Source of the DNA: Candidatus Multivoradales bacterium
GTDB taxonomy: Bacteria > Acidobacteriota > Thermoanaerobaculia > Multivoradales > JAHEKO01
Assembly: GCA_965248055.1 (NCBI GenBank)
Contig: CBDFIJ010000004.1
Coordinates: 2,624,001 to 2,688,000 of the forward strand
Length of the DNA stretch: 64,000 nucleotides
Direction: 5' to 3'
The notes under the pieces: model-generated
Database searches by the model: none
What the model was told of the DNA's origin: nothing
What the model saw: only the letters and a program-made list of their open reading frames with translations
Position numbers and translations under genes: made by a program
Shown here: in pieces, positions 29,297 through 39,409 of the stretch
Numbering within the stretch: the stretch's first letter is position 1
Layout of the letters: each line of letters begins with the position of its first letter

Positions 29297-30385
29297 GTGA
29301 TCTTCGGGGTGCGACGATGGTTGGTAGTAGCCGCCGTGTTCTTGGCTGCAATCGCAACCACTACACTGGTAATGGCGCAGACCACTCTTTGGTCGAGCTA
29401 CATGACCAGCGGCCGCCAGGCCTTCAAACAAGGGAAATTTGGCGAGGCAGCAGACCTCTTTCGTGCCGCATCCGAGCAATTTGACGAGAGCGAATCCAGC
29501 AATAATGCCCGCTACGCTGATTCAATCTACGAGCTGGGTCGCTGTGAACGGAGGCAGGGGGAGTTGGAGGATGCGGCCGACCACCTGACGGCCGCGTTGT
29601 CCATTCTTGAGGCTGAGCGCGGTACCGGTGCGCCAGAAACCGGATCAGCGATGGTAGAACTTGCGGCCACCTATCGGGAGAGTGGGGCGCTCGATGACGC
29701 GGAGAAAGTTCTTCGTCGCGCGATGGCGATACGGGAAGCTACGGTTGCAGCGAATGATCCAGCAATGATTGAAGTGCTGGAGGAGTCAGCCTTGGTGGCG
29801 ATGGCCAGGAGCCGCTTCGCCGAAGCGGAAACTACCTACCGTCGGGTGCTGGCAGTGGCAAGTGCTATCTATCCTGCCGATTCTCCGGACCAGGCACAGG
29901 TACTGGTGCGGATGGCTGATATTTACCATGCACAACAAAAGTACGATCGGGCGTTGCCTCTACTACGCAAGGCACAGGGCAGCTTGGTAGAGGATCAACA
30001 GGGTTCGGTACTGGCTGCAATTGCTCAAATCCACCGCGAGCGGGATGAGCTTGAGCAGGCCGAGGCGTATTTTGGCCAAGCTGTCGCAGCCTACGGATTG
30101 AAGAGTAAACTGAGCGGAGAAAGCGCCGAGATCTCATATCGACTGGCTGATTTGTTGCGCCAGCAAGATCGATATGAAGAAGCAGAGCCGCATTTCGAGA
30201 ATGCCTTAAACGAGGCACTGGCTGTCTACGGCAAGGGCTCACGCAAGCTGGTGCCGATCTTGGAGGACTACTCGAGTTTGTTTTGGCGGACCGGTCGCAA
30301 GCTCAAGGCGACCAAGCTTCAGGCCCGAGCTCAGTTCCTGCGAACGCGCAAAGACAAAGACAAAGACAATAAGAAGAAAGACTAA
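29297..30385 (+). CDS. Secreted tetratricopeptide-repeat protein
   Basis: Signal peptide and repeated LA..Y...G....A TPR units. Confidence 0.85.
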   Translation: MIFGVRRWLVVAAVFLAAIATTTLVMAQTTLWSSYMTSGRQAFKQGKFGEAADLFRAASEQFDESESSNNARYADSIYELGRCERRQGELEDAADHLTAALSILEAERGTGAPETGSAMVELAATYRESGALDDAEKVLRRAMAIREATVAANDPAMIEVLEESALVAMARSRFAEAETTYRRVLAVASAIYPADSPDQAQVLVRMADIYHAQQKYDRALPLLRKAQGSLVEDQQGSVLAAIAQIHRERDELEQAEAYFGQAVAAYGLKSKLSGESAEISYRLADLLRQQDRYEEAEPHFENALNEALAVYGKGSRKLVPILEDYSSLFWRTGRKLKATKLQARAQFLRTRKDKDKDNKKKD

Positions 30386-30440
30386 TCCCTTCGTCCCGCG
30401 AACAGTTGGACAGCCTAGTTGCCGAAGAGTGCTCTGTGAA

Positions 30441-30539
30441 TGTCCACAAATGAGGACAATCCTCAACAGTATAAGTTGAGATAAGGAATATCTAAGTCTT
30501 ATCGAATCAGCTTGTTAATCATCTTGGAATGAGGTTTGC
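30441..30539 (+). promoter_or_regulatory. Sigma54 promoter with IHF site and upstream activator site
   Basis: TGGAAT-N5-TTGC (30525-30539); AATCAGcttgTTA matching the IHF consensus WATCARN4TTR (30505-30517); inverted repeat TGTCC-N8-GGACA (30441-30458). Confidence 0.72.
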
Positions 30540-30572
30540 CGTTTCTACTGTCATGACCGAAAGGAGGTCACC

Positions 30573-31268
30573 ATGAAACGCACCCTCATTTTCACCGCAA
30601 CCGCCGCCGCTCTGTTGATTCCGAGCACTCAGGCTAGTGCCTCCCCGTATCGTGGGGAGCAGACGATTCGTTCATTGGCTTACGACGTCGAATACGCCAG
30701 TAAGCATTTGTCTCAGTCCGCGGAGCGATACGCCGATCACGGTGACAACCGTGAAGCCGAGGCGTTGGATCGACTCTATGAAGTCCATCGGAGTGCCAGG
30801 CACTTTCGCCATGAGCTCCAGCGCTCGCACTATTGGCGTGGTCATTTGGGCCGCGACTTGGATCGGCTGCGCCGCGCTTATCGTGAAGCGCACTACAGCC
30901 GTCAGGATCTGCACGGCTTTCGCCACGTGGACCGCGATTTCTACCGTCTCAGCGCGACCATGAGGAGTTTGGAAGCAGCGGTTGGTGGTTGGTATCGTCA
31001 CTACGGTTACCAGCCCTACAGGTCCTACGGATCGGGTATCCATATCACTTTGGGCCACAGGGACTATGGACATCGCAACCGTGGTCACTACGATCGAAAT
31101 CGACGTGACCACAAACGGCGCTACGACTCCCACCGTGGCCATCGCAAGAACGACCGCCGCTACTACCAGGGCAAGAAACACAACGGGTCACATCGCGGCA
31201 AGGGTCACTACGACAAGCGCGACCGCCATCGCCGTGGATCGGCGACAGGCACCAGACCTAGTCGCTGA
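30573..31268 (+). CDS. Secreted His/Arg/Tyr-rich protein
   Basis: AAGGAGG SD; signal peptide; helical N-domain; low-complexity H/R/G/Y/D-rich tail. Confidence 0.8.
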   Translation: MKRTLIFTATAAALLIPSTQASASPYRGEQTIRSLAYDVEYASKHLSQSAERYADHGDNREAEALDRLYEVHRSARHFRHELQRSHYWRGHLGRDLDRLRRAYREAHYSRQDLHGFRHVDRDFYRLSATMRSLEAAVGGWYRHYGYQPYRSYGSGIHITLGHRDYGHRNRGHYDRNRRDHKRRYDSHRGHRKNDRRYYQGKKHNGSHRGKGHYDKRDRHRRGSATGTRPSR

Positions 31269-31292
31269 CAGTCCGACAACCACAACTATCAA

Positions 31293-31320
31293 GGCCGCCG
31301 GGAAACCGGCGGCCCTTTTT
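31293..31320 (+). terminator. Rho-independent terminator
   Basis: GGCCGCCGG-GAAA-CCGGCGGCC followed by CTTTTT. Confidence 0.88.
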
Positions 31321-31336
31321 CGTTGGCGCGATTGTT

Positions 31337-33559
31337 CTAGAACGCGAGTCTCAGGGACATAGTCAGATCACGGCCCGGCAACGGCGATTCGTTTTTCAAG
31401 AATGAGATGTGGTTGCGGGCCACTTGGTCGGTCAAGTTGCGCCCGCGGACAAGTAGGTCGATCACCATCGCTTCGGACATCCAGCGATAGCCCATGGAGG
31501 CGTTGATCATTGAGTAGCCTTGGGTGGCAGTCTCGTTGTCCGCGATGTGGTCTTGGTCAGCGATCTCCCTCCACCGCAGATGCCCACCCCAGGCGCCGCG
31601 GTGGTAGTCGAGCCCCAGAGAAACAGAGGCTGGTGGAATGCGTGGCAGATCGGACCCTAGATCGAGTTCTCCTCGAACCCAGTCGGTGGTTACCTCCAGG
31701 TCGAGGTGTTGCTTGCCATCGTCAACCAGTTCCACCGCACCCTCCAGCTCTCCGCCGGTAAAGGTCGCATCTGCTTGGGACCAAAGGGAAAGCGACAGGC
31801 CGTCTGTAACGTCCCCGGTTATCGATTGGAAGATGAAGTCGTCGAATTGGTTGTGAAATAGCCGCAGCTCGCCGCTGAACCGACTGCCTTGACGGCGCAA
31901 GAAGAGGTCGGTTCCCAGGCTGATCTCCTCGGTGAGATAGAGGTTGCCGACTTCGAAGGACTGGGTGGCAAAGTGTGGACCGTTGGAGAACAGCTCTTCA
32001 CCGGTGGGCATTTTGACTGCCCGCGAAACCGATCCTCCGGTCTGCCAGATTTTTGAGAGCTTGACCAGTAGGCCAGCAGAGGCGCTCAAACCACTGAACT
32101 TGCGTCCGGCTTTCAACGCCGGAGTTTGCGTGTCTTGGGATTCGTAGCGGGCACCGAATTCGTAGATCAGGCGATTCTTGGTCCATTGTTCGACGGCGAA
32201 TACCGCCAGATTGGTGCTTTCGATGCGGGGAACGAAAGCCTCTTCGCCGACCGCTCGGAAGTCTCGGTCCCGTGCCTGGATACCGATTGACCCGGTGAGG
32301 TTTCCGCGCGTCTGCTGTACCAATTCGACGCGCGCTTCCCAGGCGTCGTTGAAAAACTGAGTGCCGACCTCACTGCCTTCCAATTCTTGGTGTTGGTAGT
32401 TGACCCAACCAGCCCGAATTTTGGCGCTGGCGAAGCGGCCGAACGGGTTGCGAAGTTCGCTCTTGAGGTCGAATCTCCTTTGTTCTAGATCGATGCGCAG
32501 TGCTTCTTCATGATCTCCGCCGGGAATCCCGTAGAACGAATCGATCCCTGATACCGAGAGTCCGACCCAGCCCTTGTCGCTGAAGAAACGGGTGACGCCT
32601 AGTCGGCCAGAGTCTGATTGCAGATCACTGTTGCCGACAGTTTCCTCTCCAGTGAGGGTTGCTCCCCGGGGGACTTCGTAGGGTGAAGTGTGGCGGTGTA
32701 GGCCACCTACGCTCCAAGCCCAGTCTCCAGCGCCGCCGGTGAGCCCCACAGACCCGGTGATTTCCTCGGCGACCGACCCGAGTCTCAAGTCGGCGGTTCC
32801 GGACAGCGGTTTGGCTGCTCGATAGCGAGGGATGCGGTCATCAATGACGTTGACTACACCCCCGATGGCGCTCGAGCCGTAGAGCAGGGTGGCGGGCCCG
32901 CGCAGCACCTCGATGCGTTCTGCTTGTCCCGGTTCGATCGATACCGCATGGTCAGGACTGGAAGTGGAAGCGTCCAGCGAGCCGATGCCATCTTCCAAGG
33001 TGCGCACTCGGCTGCCACCCAGGCCTCGGATCACCGGGCGACTGGAGCCGGGGCCGAAAAACGACGCGGTGACCCCAGGCTCTTGCTCGAGAGTCTCACC
33101 CAGCGAGGCCTGCAGGACTTCCAACAACTCGTCGCCAGAGAGAACGTTGATCGGCTGAGCTATTTCTGACTCGCCGCGTGGTTGACCCCCGGCACTGACC
33201 ACGATCTCGTCGGAGTGGGCGTGGGAGGAGACCGTGAGCTCCACCTCTTGAGAACCGGATTGAATTCGGTGCAGTGACCGCGATCCGCCGTAGTCAAGTT
33301 CGATGCGCAGCTCACCGGCCGGGAGTTGGTTGAAGTGAAACGATCCATCCGGGCTGGAGCGGGTTTCCCGCTGCGGTTGCAAGACGCGAACGATTGCGTC
33401 CGCTACTGGCTCGCCGCGGCTGTCTACCACCCTTCCGGAGATCGAGCCTTCTTGAGCTGTGGCGGGTGCCAAGTTAGCGACCATCGCCAGCATCAAGGCG
33501 GCGGTGCGTAGAGGAACCGGATTGGGTTTTTGGGTTATCCAATAAAACTGCAAATTCAT
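31337..33559 (-). CDS. TonB-dependent receptor, ZnuD-like metal transporter, with N-terminal carboxypeptidase-regulatory-like domain
   Basis: SRPVIRG, SPDHAV, IEVLRGPATLLYG, GPHFAT and RNHISFLK...PGR motifs; terminal Phe. Confidence 0.9.
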   Translation of the reverse strand: MNLQFYWITQKPNPVPLRTAALMLAMVANLAPATAQEGSISGRVVDSRGEPVADAIVRVLQPQRETRSSPDGSFHFNQLPAGELRIELDYGGSRSLHRIQSGSQEVELTVSSHAHSDEIVVSAGGQPRGESEIAQPINVLSGDELLEVLQASLGETLEQEPGVTASFFGPGSSRPVIRGLGGSRVRTLEDGIGSLDASTSSPDHAVSIEPGQAERIEVLRGPATLLYGSSAIGGVVNVIDDRIPRYRAAKPLSGTADLRLGSVAEEITGSVGLTGGAGDWAWSVGGLHRHTSPYEVPRGATLTGEETVGNSDLQSDSGRLGVTRFFSDKGWVGLSVSGIDSFYGIPGGDHEEALRIDLEQRRFDLKSELRNPFGRFASAKIRAGWVNYQHQELEGSEVGTQFFNDAWEARVELVQQTRGNLTGSIGIQARDRDFRAVGEEAFVPRIESTNLAVFAVEQWTKNRLIYEFGARYESQDTQTPALKAGRKFSGLSASAGLLVKLSKIWQTGGSVSRAVKMPTGEELFSNGPHFATQSFEVGNLYLTEEISLGTDLFLRRQGSRFSGELRLFHNQFDDFIFQSITGDVTDGLSLSLWSQADATFTGGELEGAVELVDDGKQHLDLEVTTDWVRGELDLGSDLPRIPPASVSLGLDYHRGAWGGHLRWREIADQDHIADNETATQGYSMINASMGYRWMSEAMVIDLLVRGRNLTDQVARNHISFLKNESPLPGRDLTMSLRLAF

Positions 33560-33563
33560 GAGT

Positions 33564-33666
33564 CCTTCCAGTTGACAAGTTCCTTCCAAGATTTCGAGTC
33601 GAGCGATCAAAGATCGATCGCTCAGATTGCCCGAGAAGACGGGCTTGGTTAGGAACGAACTGGAGG
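33564..33666 (-). promoter_or_regulatory. Long-range hairpin sequestering the TBDR SD with the RAPP-coding region
   Basis: mRNA CCUCCAGUU-C-GUUCCU-AA-CCAAG (33666-33644) is complementary to CUUGG-A-AGGAAC-uuguc-AACUGG-A-AGG (33590-33564), which contains the SD. Confidence 0.7.
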
Positions 33667-34044
33667 AGCGCGACCTTGAGCGGTCGAATAGGGTTGGATT
33701 GAAGTGGGTCGGGGAGGCGCGACGAACAGGCTCGATGAAATCTGAGCCAAAGGTTTGTGGGTCGAATCGAGAGCTAGGTTAGCTTGGCCAAGGTTGGCAA
33801 TACAGAAAAGGCACTCAATGGTCTCGCGCCCGATATCGCAATCCCAATGGAGGTCGGCAATCTGATTGGCGTGTGGACTAATCTGCCGCAGTTCATGATC
33901 TCGATGGTCGAGGTCGGTATGTGCTGCTGCATCATTGCCAACGGTACTGCTGACGGTTGTCGCCAAACCGGCTGATCCAGCGAAGATCGCTAGGAGTAAC
34001 AACCAGATGACGCTCTTGCACCGGTAGCGGGTCATGCTCCTCAT
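33649..34044 (-). CDS. DUF2946/CruR/CutF-like leader protein (signal peptide, His-rich, CxxC, C-terminal RAPP)
   Basis: Hydrophobic N-terminus, HTDLDHRDH, CLFC and GRAPPVRS*; directly upstream of the TBDR. Confidence 0.8.
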   Translation of the reverse strand: MRSMTRYRCKSVIWLLLLAIFAGSAGLATTVSSTVGNDAAAHTDLDHRDHELRQISPHANQIADLHWDCDIGRETIECLFCIANLGQANLALDSTHKPLAQISSSLFVAPPRPTSIQPYSTAQGRAPPVRS

Positions 34045-34128
34045 AACGTGCTTGGATTCTGGGCTATTCCCGCGATGCGAGAAGCGGCAGCAGCCGCTCA
34101 TGCTTCGAGAGGGCTGGTCGTCCGGCTG

Positions 34129-34965
34129 CTAGGCGCTAGCAGCGATCGACTGTGCGGCAGATTCCGGCAGTGGCGCTCGCGCTCCAATGCGTTGCTTACC
34201 CAGGAAGGCCGCGCCGATTGCGGCAGCGAACTGCACCATATCCCCCTGTGGAACGTTGACCTCATCGCCGAGTTGCTTACGGATCTCCTTTGCCAGCGAC
34301 TCAAAACGAAGAATGCCTCCCACCAGGGTGTATTCGGGCTCCATGCGCACTCGCTTCATCAGTTGCACCGAACGTCCGATCAGCGACACCATCGCTCCCA
34401 GCATGATATCCGCGGGCGGCCGGCCCAGCGACAGGTGGTTGATGACTTCCGACTCGGCAAACACGGCGCACACGCCGGAGATCGGAGCCGGTTGTTTGGA
34501 TGTGGCGGCCAAGGGCCCGATTTCCTCAGTGGAGTAGCCCATGTACTTGGCGGTCTTTTCAATGAAAGCGCCGGTGCCAGCGGCACACTTGTCGTTGAGA
34601 CGAAAGGACTTGACCTTGGCATCATCGTCCAACCTCGATGCCTTCATGGTCTGTCCGCCAATGTCGAGCACCGTCTTGGTGTTGGGAAACAGCAGGCAAG
34701 CGGCGCGGGCGGTGGCGGTCATGTCGGTTATTTGGGTGTCACGGAAGGCAACTTGGTGCCGACCGAAACCCGTGGCGATGACATAGCTAATTTCGTCTTC
34801 TTGCAATCCAGCGGTCTCCAAGCACTGCTCGAAAAGGCGGCGTGAAACCTCGGGCAGCCGAAAACCGGTGCGGGCTATCGCTTTGGCGACCACTTGATTG
34901 TCGCCATCGAGAATCACCGATTTAGCGTAAGTGGATCCAACGTCGAGTCCAGCGGTATAGCTCAT
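34129..34965 (-). CDS. bcrD: Benzoyl-CoA reductase ATP-binding subunit D (ASKHA activase)
   Basis: [28 protein letters not shown] and CAVFAESE motifs; last gene of the bcrCBAD order. Confidence 0.75.
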   Translation of the reverse strand: MSYTAGLDVGSTYAKSVILDGDNQVVAKAIARTGFRLPEVSRRLFEQCLETAGLQEDEISYVIATGFGRHQVAFRDTQITDMTATARAACLLFPNTKTVLDIGGQTMKASRLDDDAKVKSFRLNDKCAAGTGAFIEKTAKYMGYSTEEIGPLAATSKQPAPISGVCAVFAESEVINHLSLGRPPADIMLGAMVSLIGRSVQLMKRVRMEPEYTLVGGILRFESLAKEIRKQLGDEVNVPQGDMVQFAAAIGAAFLGKQRIGARAPLPESAAQSIAASA

Positions 34966-35795
34966 GATGCCTCCACGAGATCTTGGGTTGCACTCTTGCG
35001 CCCTGGCTGACGACCGGCTCGGATACGGTCCATGGCAAATAGCGCCGCGCCCAGAGCCCCCATGAAATGGGAATCGTCACTGACGTTGAGCTTGAACCCG
35101 AGTTGTTTCTCCAGCGTTGCGATCATGCCGATATTTTTCGCCACGCCACCGGTGAACGTCACTTCCGGTTCGATACCAACTCGACGCAGCAGGCCGAGAG
35201 AACGGGAAGCGATCGAATCGTGGACCCCTTTGAGGATGTCCTCGATCTTCTTGCCTCGACCCAACCAGGAGAGAATCTCAGACTCAGCAAACACCGTGCA
35301 GGTGGTTGAGATGCGAACCGCTTTGGTCGCTTGCAGGGCAGTCGGCCCCAGCTCTTCGAGAGGAATTTCTAAAGCGGTTGAAGCCGCCCCCAAGAAGCGC
35401 CCGGTTCCGGCGGCGCACTTGTCGTTCATGCAGAAGTCATCCACCATGCCTTCTTTGCCGATACGGATTGCCTTGGTGTCTTGACCGCCCATATCGATCA
35501 CCGTTTTGGTGTTGGGGAACATGTGCACCGCCCCGCGGCCATGGCAGGAAATTTCCGTGACCTGATCGTTGCCAAAGGTAATCTGGTAACGCCCGTAGCC
35601 GGTCCCGATCACGTACTCCACCTCGGTTTCCCGGATGTCTGCATCGCGTAGGGCTTGCTCATAGGCGTTTTCGGCTGCGGTGACCACATTGGCGCCAGTG
35701 TCGGTCAGACAGCGACCGACGATTTCCTCGCGTTCATTGATGACCACGGCTTTGGTTTGTGTGGAGCCCACGTCGACTCCGGCTGCATGCGCCAT
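34962..35795 (-). CDS. bcrA: Benzoyl-CoA reductase ATP-binding subunit A (short form)
   Basis: [45 protein letters not shown] and CTVFAESE motifs. Confidence 0.78.
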   Translation of the reverse strand: MAHAAGVDVGSTQTKAVVINEREEIVGRCLTDTGANVVTAAENAYEQALRDADIRETEVEYVIGTGYGRYQITFGNDQVTEISCHGRGAVHMFPNTKTVIDMGGQDTKAIRIGKEGMVDDFCMNDKCAAGTGRFLGAASTALEIPLEELGPTALQATKAVRISTTCTVFAESEILSWLGRGKKIEDILKGVHDSIASRSLGLLRRVGIEPEVTFTGGVAKNIGMIATLEKQLGFKLNVSDDSHFMGALGAALFAMDRIRAGRQPGRKSATQDLVEAS

Positions 35796-37096
35796 TAGAA
35801 CCCTCCCGTTTTGGCTTCGCTGTCGCGAAGGCGTCGAGTTCCCAATCCTTCAAAAAAGGCGTCAACTCTGTTTTTCATTTGTGCTTCGGAGATCACCCTG
35901 CGATCCATCATGTCGGACTCGATGAACAGCGTCGCTACGTCATGTTGTTCCATCAACGCTCGACGTCCATCGGCCAGACCTGTTGAGACCGTCCTGCAGC
36001 TCTTGATCGGGTGATAGACGACGCCATCGATGCCGAAGTCTTCGATCATCGATCCGACCACCCGGTCGTTGTAGAACATCGAGTCCATGGCGTCACGGGT
36101 GGACAACAGGACGCCTTCCGCCAAACTCTCGATCGGTCGGTCCAGGTCGTATTGGAATCCGAGATTACCGCCACCGGAGGCGAACCACAGGTAGGTGGAG
36201 TTGACGAACACGCCACCCCAGTCGCTGAACATCTCGTTGAAACGGCGAAAGATCGGGTAACACGGCACACCAACGAAAGACAGCCGGTAGGTCTCTTCAT
36301 CCAGAGTGCCGATGCCCTCGGCGACTTTGAGTTCCATTTCGTCAACCAAATCCGAGAAATAACCTGCGGCCTCGGGTGTCCCTCGCAGGCCGTTGGCAAC
36401 CCCAAGATAGATGGTGCCATCGGTAAGCGCGTTGAACACTGCTGGCCGAGTTTGGTTGAGTTCGATAATCCTCTTCCAGGAAGCGGAGACGGTATTGCAG
36501 TGGCCCAGCACCTCGCGTAGATGATCGATGTCAAAGCGCTTTTTAGTTAGTAGTTCACAGGCGGTGATCAACTCGCGAATCTGGGCTTCGACGTAGCGTC
36601 GATCGCGCTCCAGATCATCATGTCCCAGGGTGGTCAGTGAGTGGGCGCTGCGGGAGCCCGGGACATCGAGGGTGAAGACTTGGGTGTCGTAAAGTCGCTC
36701 CCAGATTTCTGCCCACTTGACGTAGGTGTTGCAAGCGTTGGTCAGCACCGCTATCGATGGCCGCGGGATCTTTCCGGCTGGGTGCTTGCCGCCACCCAGT
36801 TGCACTGCCACGTCGGCTTTGACATAACCGCAAATGTCCGGGGAGTAGCCATAGTCCTCTGCCTCATCCAAGTACTCGTGGGCGACGTGGCGCACTGCCG
36901 TCTGTAGGGAGTTGATCTCGGGGAACACCACTGGTAGGTCGAAGCTGCGCAGGATCTCAACCAAGCTTCCCATGACGAAAACATAGGCGGCGGAACCTTC
37001 GTCATCTGCGATTTTGGTGAGGTCCGAGAACCAGTTGCTGAATAACTCTGCTCCCTCAGTGTTCCCGCGTCCGATGATTTCTGGCGTTTGATTCAT
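35795..37096 (-). CDS. bcrB: Benzoyl-CoA reductase subunit B
   Basis: HGD-D family; [21 protein letters not shown] and ESD...[10 protein letters not shown] motifs. Confidence 0.85.
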   Translation of the reverse strand: MNQTPEIIGRGNTEGAELFSNWFSDLTKIADDEGSAAYVFVMGSLVEILRSFDLPVVFPEINSLQTAVRHVAHEYLDEAEDYGYSPDICGYVKADVAVQLGGGKHPAGKIPRPSIAVLTNACNTYVKWAEIWERLYDTQVFTLDVPGSRSAHSLTTLGHDDLERDRRYVEAQIRELITACELLTKKRFDIDHLREVLGHCNTVSASWKRIIELNQTRPAVFNALTDGTIYLGVANGLRGTPEAAGYFSDLVDEMELKVAEGIGTLDEETYRLSFVGVPCYPIFRRFNEMFSDWGGVFVNSTYLWFASGGGNLGFQYDLDRPIESLAEGVLLSTRDAMDSMFYNDRVVGSMIEDFGIDGVVYHPIKSCRTVSTGLADGRRALMEQHDVATLFIESDMMDRRVISEAQMKNRVDAFFEGLGTRRLRDSEAKTGGF

Positions 37097-37114
37097 GATG
37101 AGCTCTCAGTCGGA

Positions 37115-38281
37115 TCAGGTGAACATCAGGTTCTCGACAAAGGTCTCAAGCTGCAGTTGCAAGTGCTCAAAACTCCACATCGACTCCTGAAATTCGCTGA
37201 CAAAATAGGGTACGCCTTGGTCATCGAGGGCGCGGGTATAGGCCACTTGTTCTTCAAGGCCGGGTTCGCACATTTTGGCTGCGGTGATGATCGCAGCCTC
37301 GGCTCCGGAGCGTTGGATGCGCTCCAGGAGCATCTTCTCCTTGGGCTTGCGCAGATCGTGCTGCACCGGGCTGTACGAAGACTGTTCCAGGTAGGCGGAT
37401 GCCAACGCTGCCAGCGGGCTACCGTTGACTTCGATGTCCTCCAAGATCCAACGTAGGCCAATCAGCAAATCGTCATCGACGATGTAGCAGGAGTGGCCAA
37501 TGGTGCGGATTAGATCGATCGGTGGCTGCTCGCAGAATCCTCCTTCAAATACCACTCGGATGCGGTCTTGCTGCTTGCTATTGCGCTGGCGTAGCTGGGG
37601 CAGTATCCACTGCAGGAACTGGTTATGTTCTTCGCGCGGAAGGATGCCCGCCAGCGCTACCAGTACGTAGGCTTCGACCGCCGTGACTACCCAAGGTTGG
37701 TCGCGTTTGATTGCGTAGAGTTCGCGCATTAGCTGCCGGTTCTCATTGAATACCGCGATCGAGGCTGTCAGATCGGCTTCGGTGACCTGGTGGCCGGAGA
37801 TTTCGCTCATCTCTGTGAGCACCCGTTGGTATTCCTGCTCCAAGTAGGTGGGTGCGTATGCTGAGTTGGCGTTTTGAGGAAGGTAGAGAATCTGCGATGG
37901 ATAGTCGACGTTGCGTTCCCACACCGCGGCCAGATTGCGCGCGGCGTCACAGATTGGGTGACTGACGAATAGATCCAGCTCTAGATTGCCGGATAGGGCC
38001 AGTTCGAGTGAAGTCTTGAGGATGGAGCAGAGGTAGGAGCCGAACCTCGACTCGGCCTGGGTCGCCTGTAAGTTACTGCCGCGAATCTTGACCGGCAGCA
38101 TGCCTGCAGCGTGGGCCAGTTCCTCAGGGAAGTAGACCTGAAAGTGACCGACGACTTTGCCACCTTGTTCGCGCCAAGCTCGAACCGTTGGATATTCAGC
38201 ATCCTCGACCAAATCGGTCGCCAGATCCAAAGCTTGATCCAGGGTGCAGTCTTGCCACTCGGTAAAAACGGGTTGCTTCAT
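37115..38281 (-). CDS. bcrC: Benzoyl-CoA reductase subunit C
   Basis: VYFPEELAHAAGMLP, SYLC, ICD..RNL, FCEQPP and CYIVDDD motifs, as I recall them from BcrC/BadD. Confidence 0.87.
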   Translation of the reverse strand: MKQPVFTEWQDCTLDQALDLATDLVEDAEYPTVRAWREQGGKVVGHFQVYFPEELAHAAGMLPVKIRGSNLQATQAESRFGSYLCSILKTSLELALSGNLELDLFVSHPICDAARNLAAVWERNVDYPSQILYLPQNANSAYAPTYLEQEYQRVLTEMSEISGHQVTEADLTASIAVFNENRQLMRELYAIKRDQPWVVTAVEAYVLVALAGILPREEHNQFLQWILPQLRQRNSKQQDRIRVVFEGGFCEQPPIDLIRTIGHSCYIVDDDLLIGLRWILEDIEVNGSPLAALASAYLEQSSYSPVQHDLRKPKEKMLLERIQRSGAEAAIITAAKMCEPGLEEQVAYTRALDDQGVPYFVSEFQESMWSFEHLQLQLETFVENLMFT

Positions 38282-39387
38282 CAGGCGTCCTCATCTTTGC
38301 GGCGGTGAGGTGAAATGGCCGCAATCAAGTTGTCGTCCCAGGGCTCACCGCGAGCGATGCGTCGTCGCGCATCCAGAAAGTCCACTTCGCGTTCTCCACG
38401 CTCACCAAAGTGGAAGGCGGGGAAGCCGGCCTTGGCTTCGGTGGTCATGTTGAGTGCCAGCCAGGCGCGGTTGGATTCTCGGTTACGGTGCCAGTGTTGC
38501 AGCTTGTGCTTGCGTACCGATTCAATGGTTTTGGTGGTGCAATCTGGCAGCGTCAAGGCGAGCTTCCAAGCTAGCAGCTCGACTGCCGTATCGAGGCGGG
38601 AAAAATTAACCTGACAGTTGCGAGCGCGAGTCTTGGCGGCAGCGAAGTCTTCGCCTTGGACAAACGCCCCGTGGATGATGCGACCGTACTCGTCCAGCCA
38701 ACGATCGGTGACCACCTGTGGGTTGGCGATGAACTCGCCGTTTTCTGTGAGCACCGGTTCCAGACCGTTGATCAGTCCGTAGCGCAGCGCCTGATGAGCA
38801 CTCCACAACTCGCACAAAGTGCAGGATTCCATCGCCCTGGCGAAGCCGACGTAGCCGGGTAGAAAATCGGTCGATCCACCGTCAGGGGCGGAGCCGTGCT
38901 TGGGTCCGGCTTGACCGAACACCGCGGTGTCAGCAGCGAGGGAGAAATCACAAGCCATACCGATTTCCTGGCCGCCAGCGACGCGCATGCCGTTGACTCG
39001 GTTGAGCACCGGCTTGTCGCATTCCAGGATTGCGGTCACCATGTCGTTGAACAGCCGCATGTACTGGCGGTACTCCTGCGGGCGCCCGGAGTAGTACTCG
39101 GCGTACTCGGCGGTGTTGCCACCGGTACAGAATGCCCGTTCTCCGACTGCGGTAAACACAACACAGACAACATCTCGCTCGGACGAGGCACGGCGCAACG
39201 CGAGAATCGCCTCCTTGACCATGGCAGTGGTGTAGGAGTTGAGTTGTTTCGGATTGTCGAAAATGATCCAGGCATTAAATAAGTCGGGTACCGGTTTGCC
39301 GGCAGCGTCCAGCAGAGGCCGGCGCTGATAGAGGATGTCGGAAAACTCGACTTCGGCCAGTAGTTCGTGGTTCTTCAAGTTAGTCAT
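38281..39387 (-). CDS. oah: 6-oxocyclohex-1-ene-1-carbonyl-CoA hydrolase
   Basis: NPKQLNSYTT, AFCTGGNTAEYAEYY, GQAGPKHGSAPDGG and SNRAWLALNM motifs. Confidence 0.92.
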   Translation of the reverse strand: MTNLKNHELLAEVEFSDILYQRRPLLDAAGKPVPDLFNAWIIFDNPKQLNSYTTAMVKEAILALRRASSERDVVCVVFTAVGERAFCTGGNTAEYAEYYSGRPQEYRQYMRLFNDMVTAILECDKPVLNRVNGMRVAGGQEIGMACDFSLAADTAVFGQAGPKHGSAPDGGSTDFLPGYVGFARAMESCTLCELWSAHQALRYGLINGLEPVLTENGEFIANPQVVTDRWLDEYGRIIHGAFVQGEDFAAAKTRARNCQVNFSRLDTAVELLAWKLALTLPDCTTKTIESVRKHKLQHWHRNRESNRAWLALNMTTEAKAGFPAFHFGERGEREVDFLDARRRIARGEPWDDNLIAAISPHRRKDEDA

Positions 39388-39409
39388 AGTTTTCTACCCA
39401 GCAGCCGTA

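Noticed and set aside
28865-29479. 204-aa minus-strand ORF
   Set aside because: It is a chimera of the antisense of the + strand genes and the short hydrolase fragment, not a real gene.
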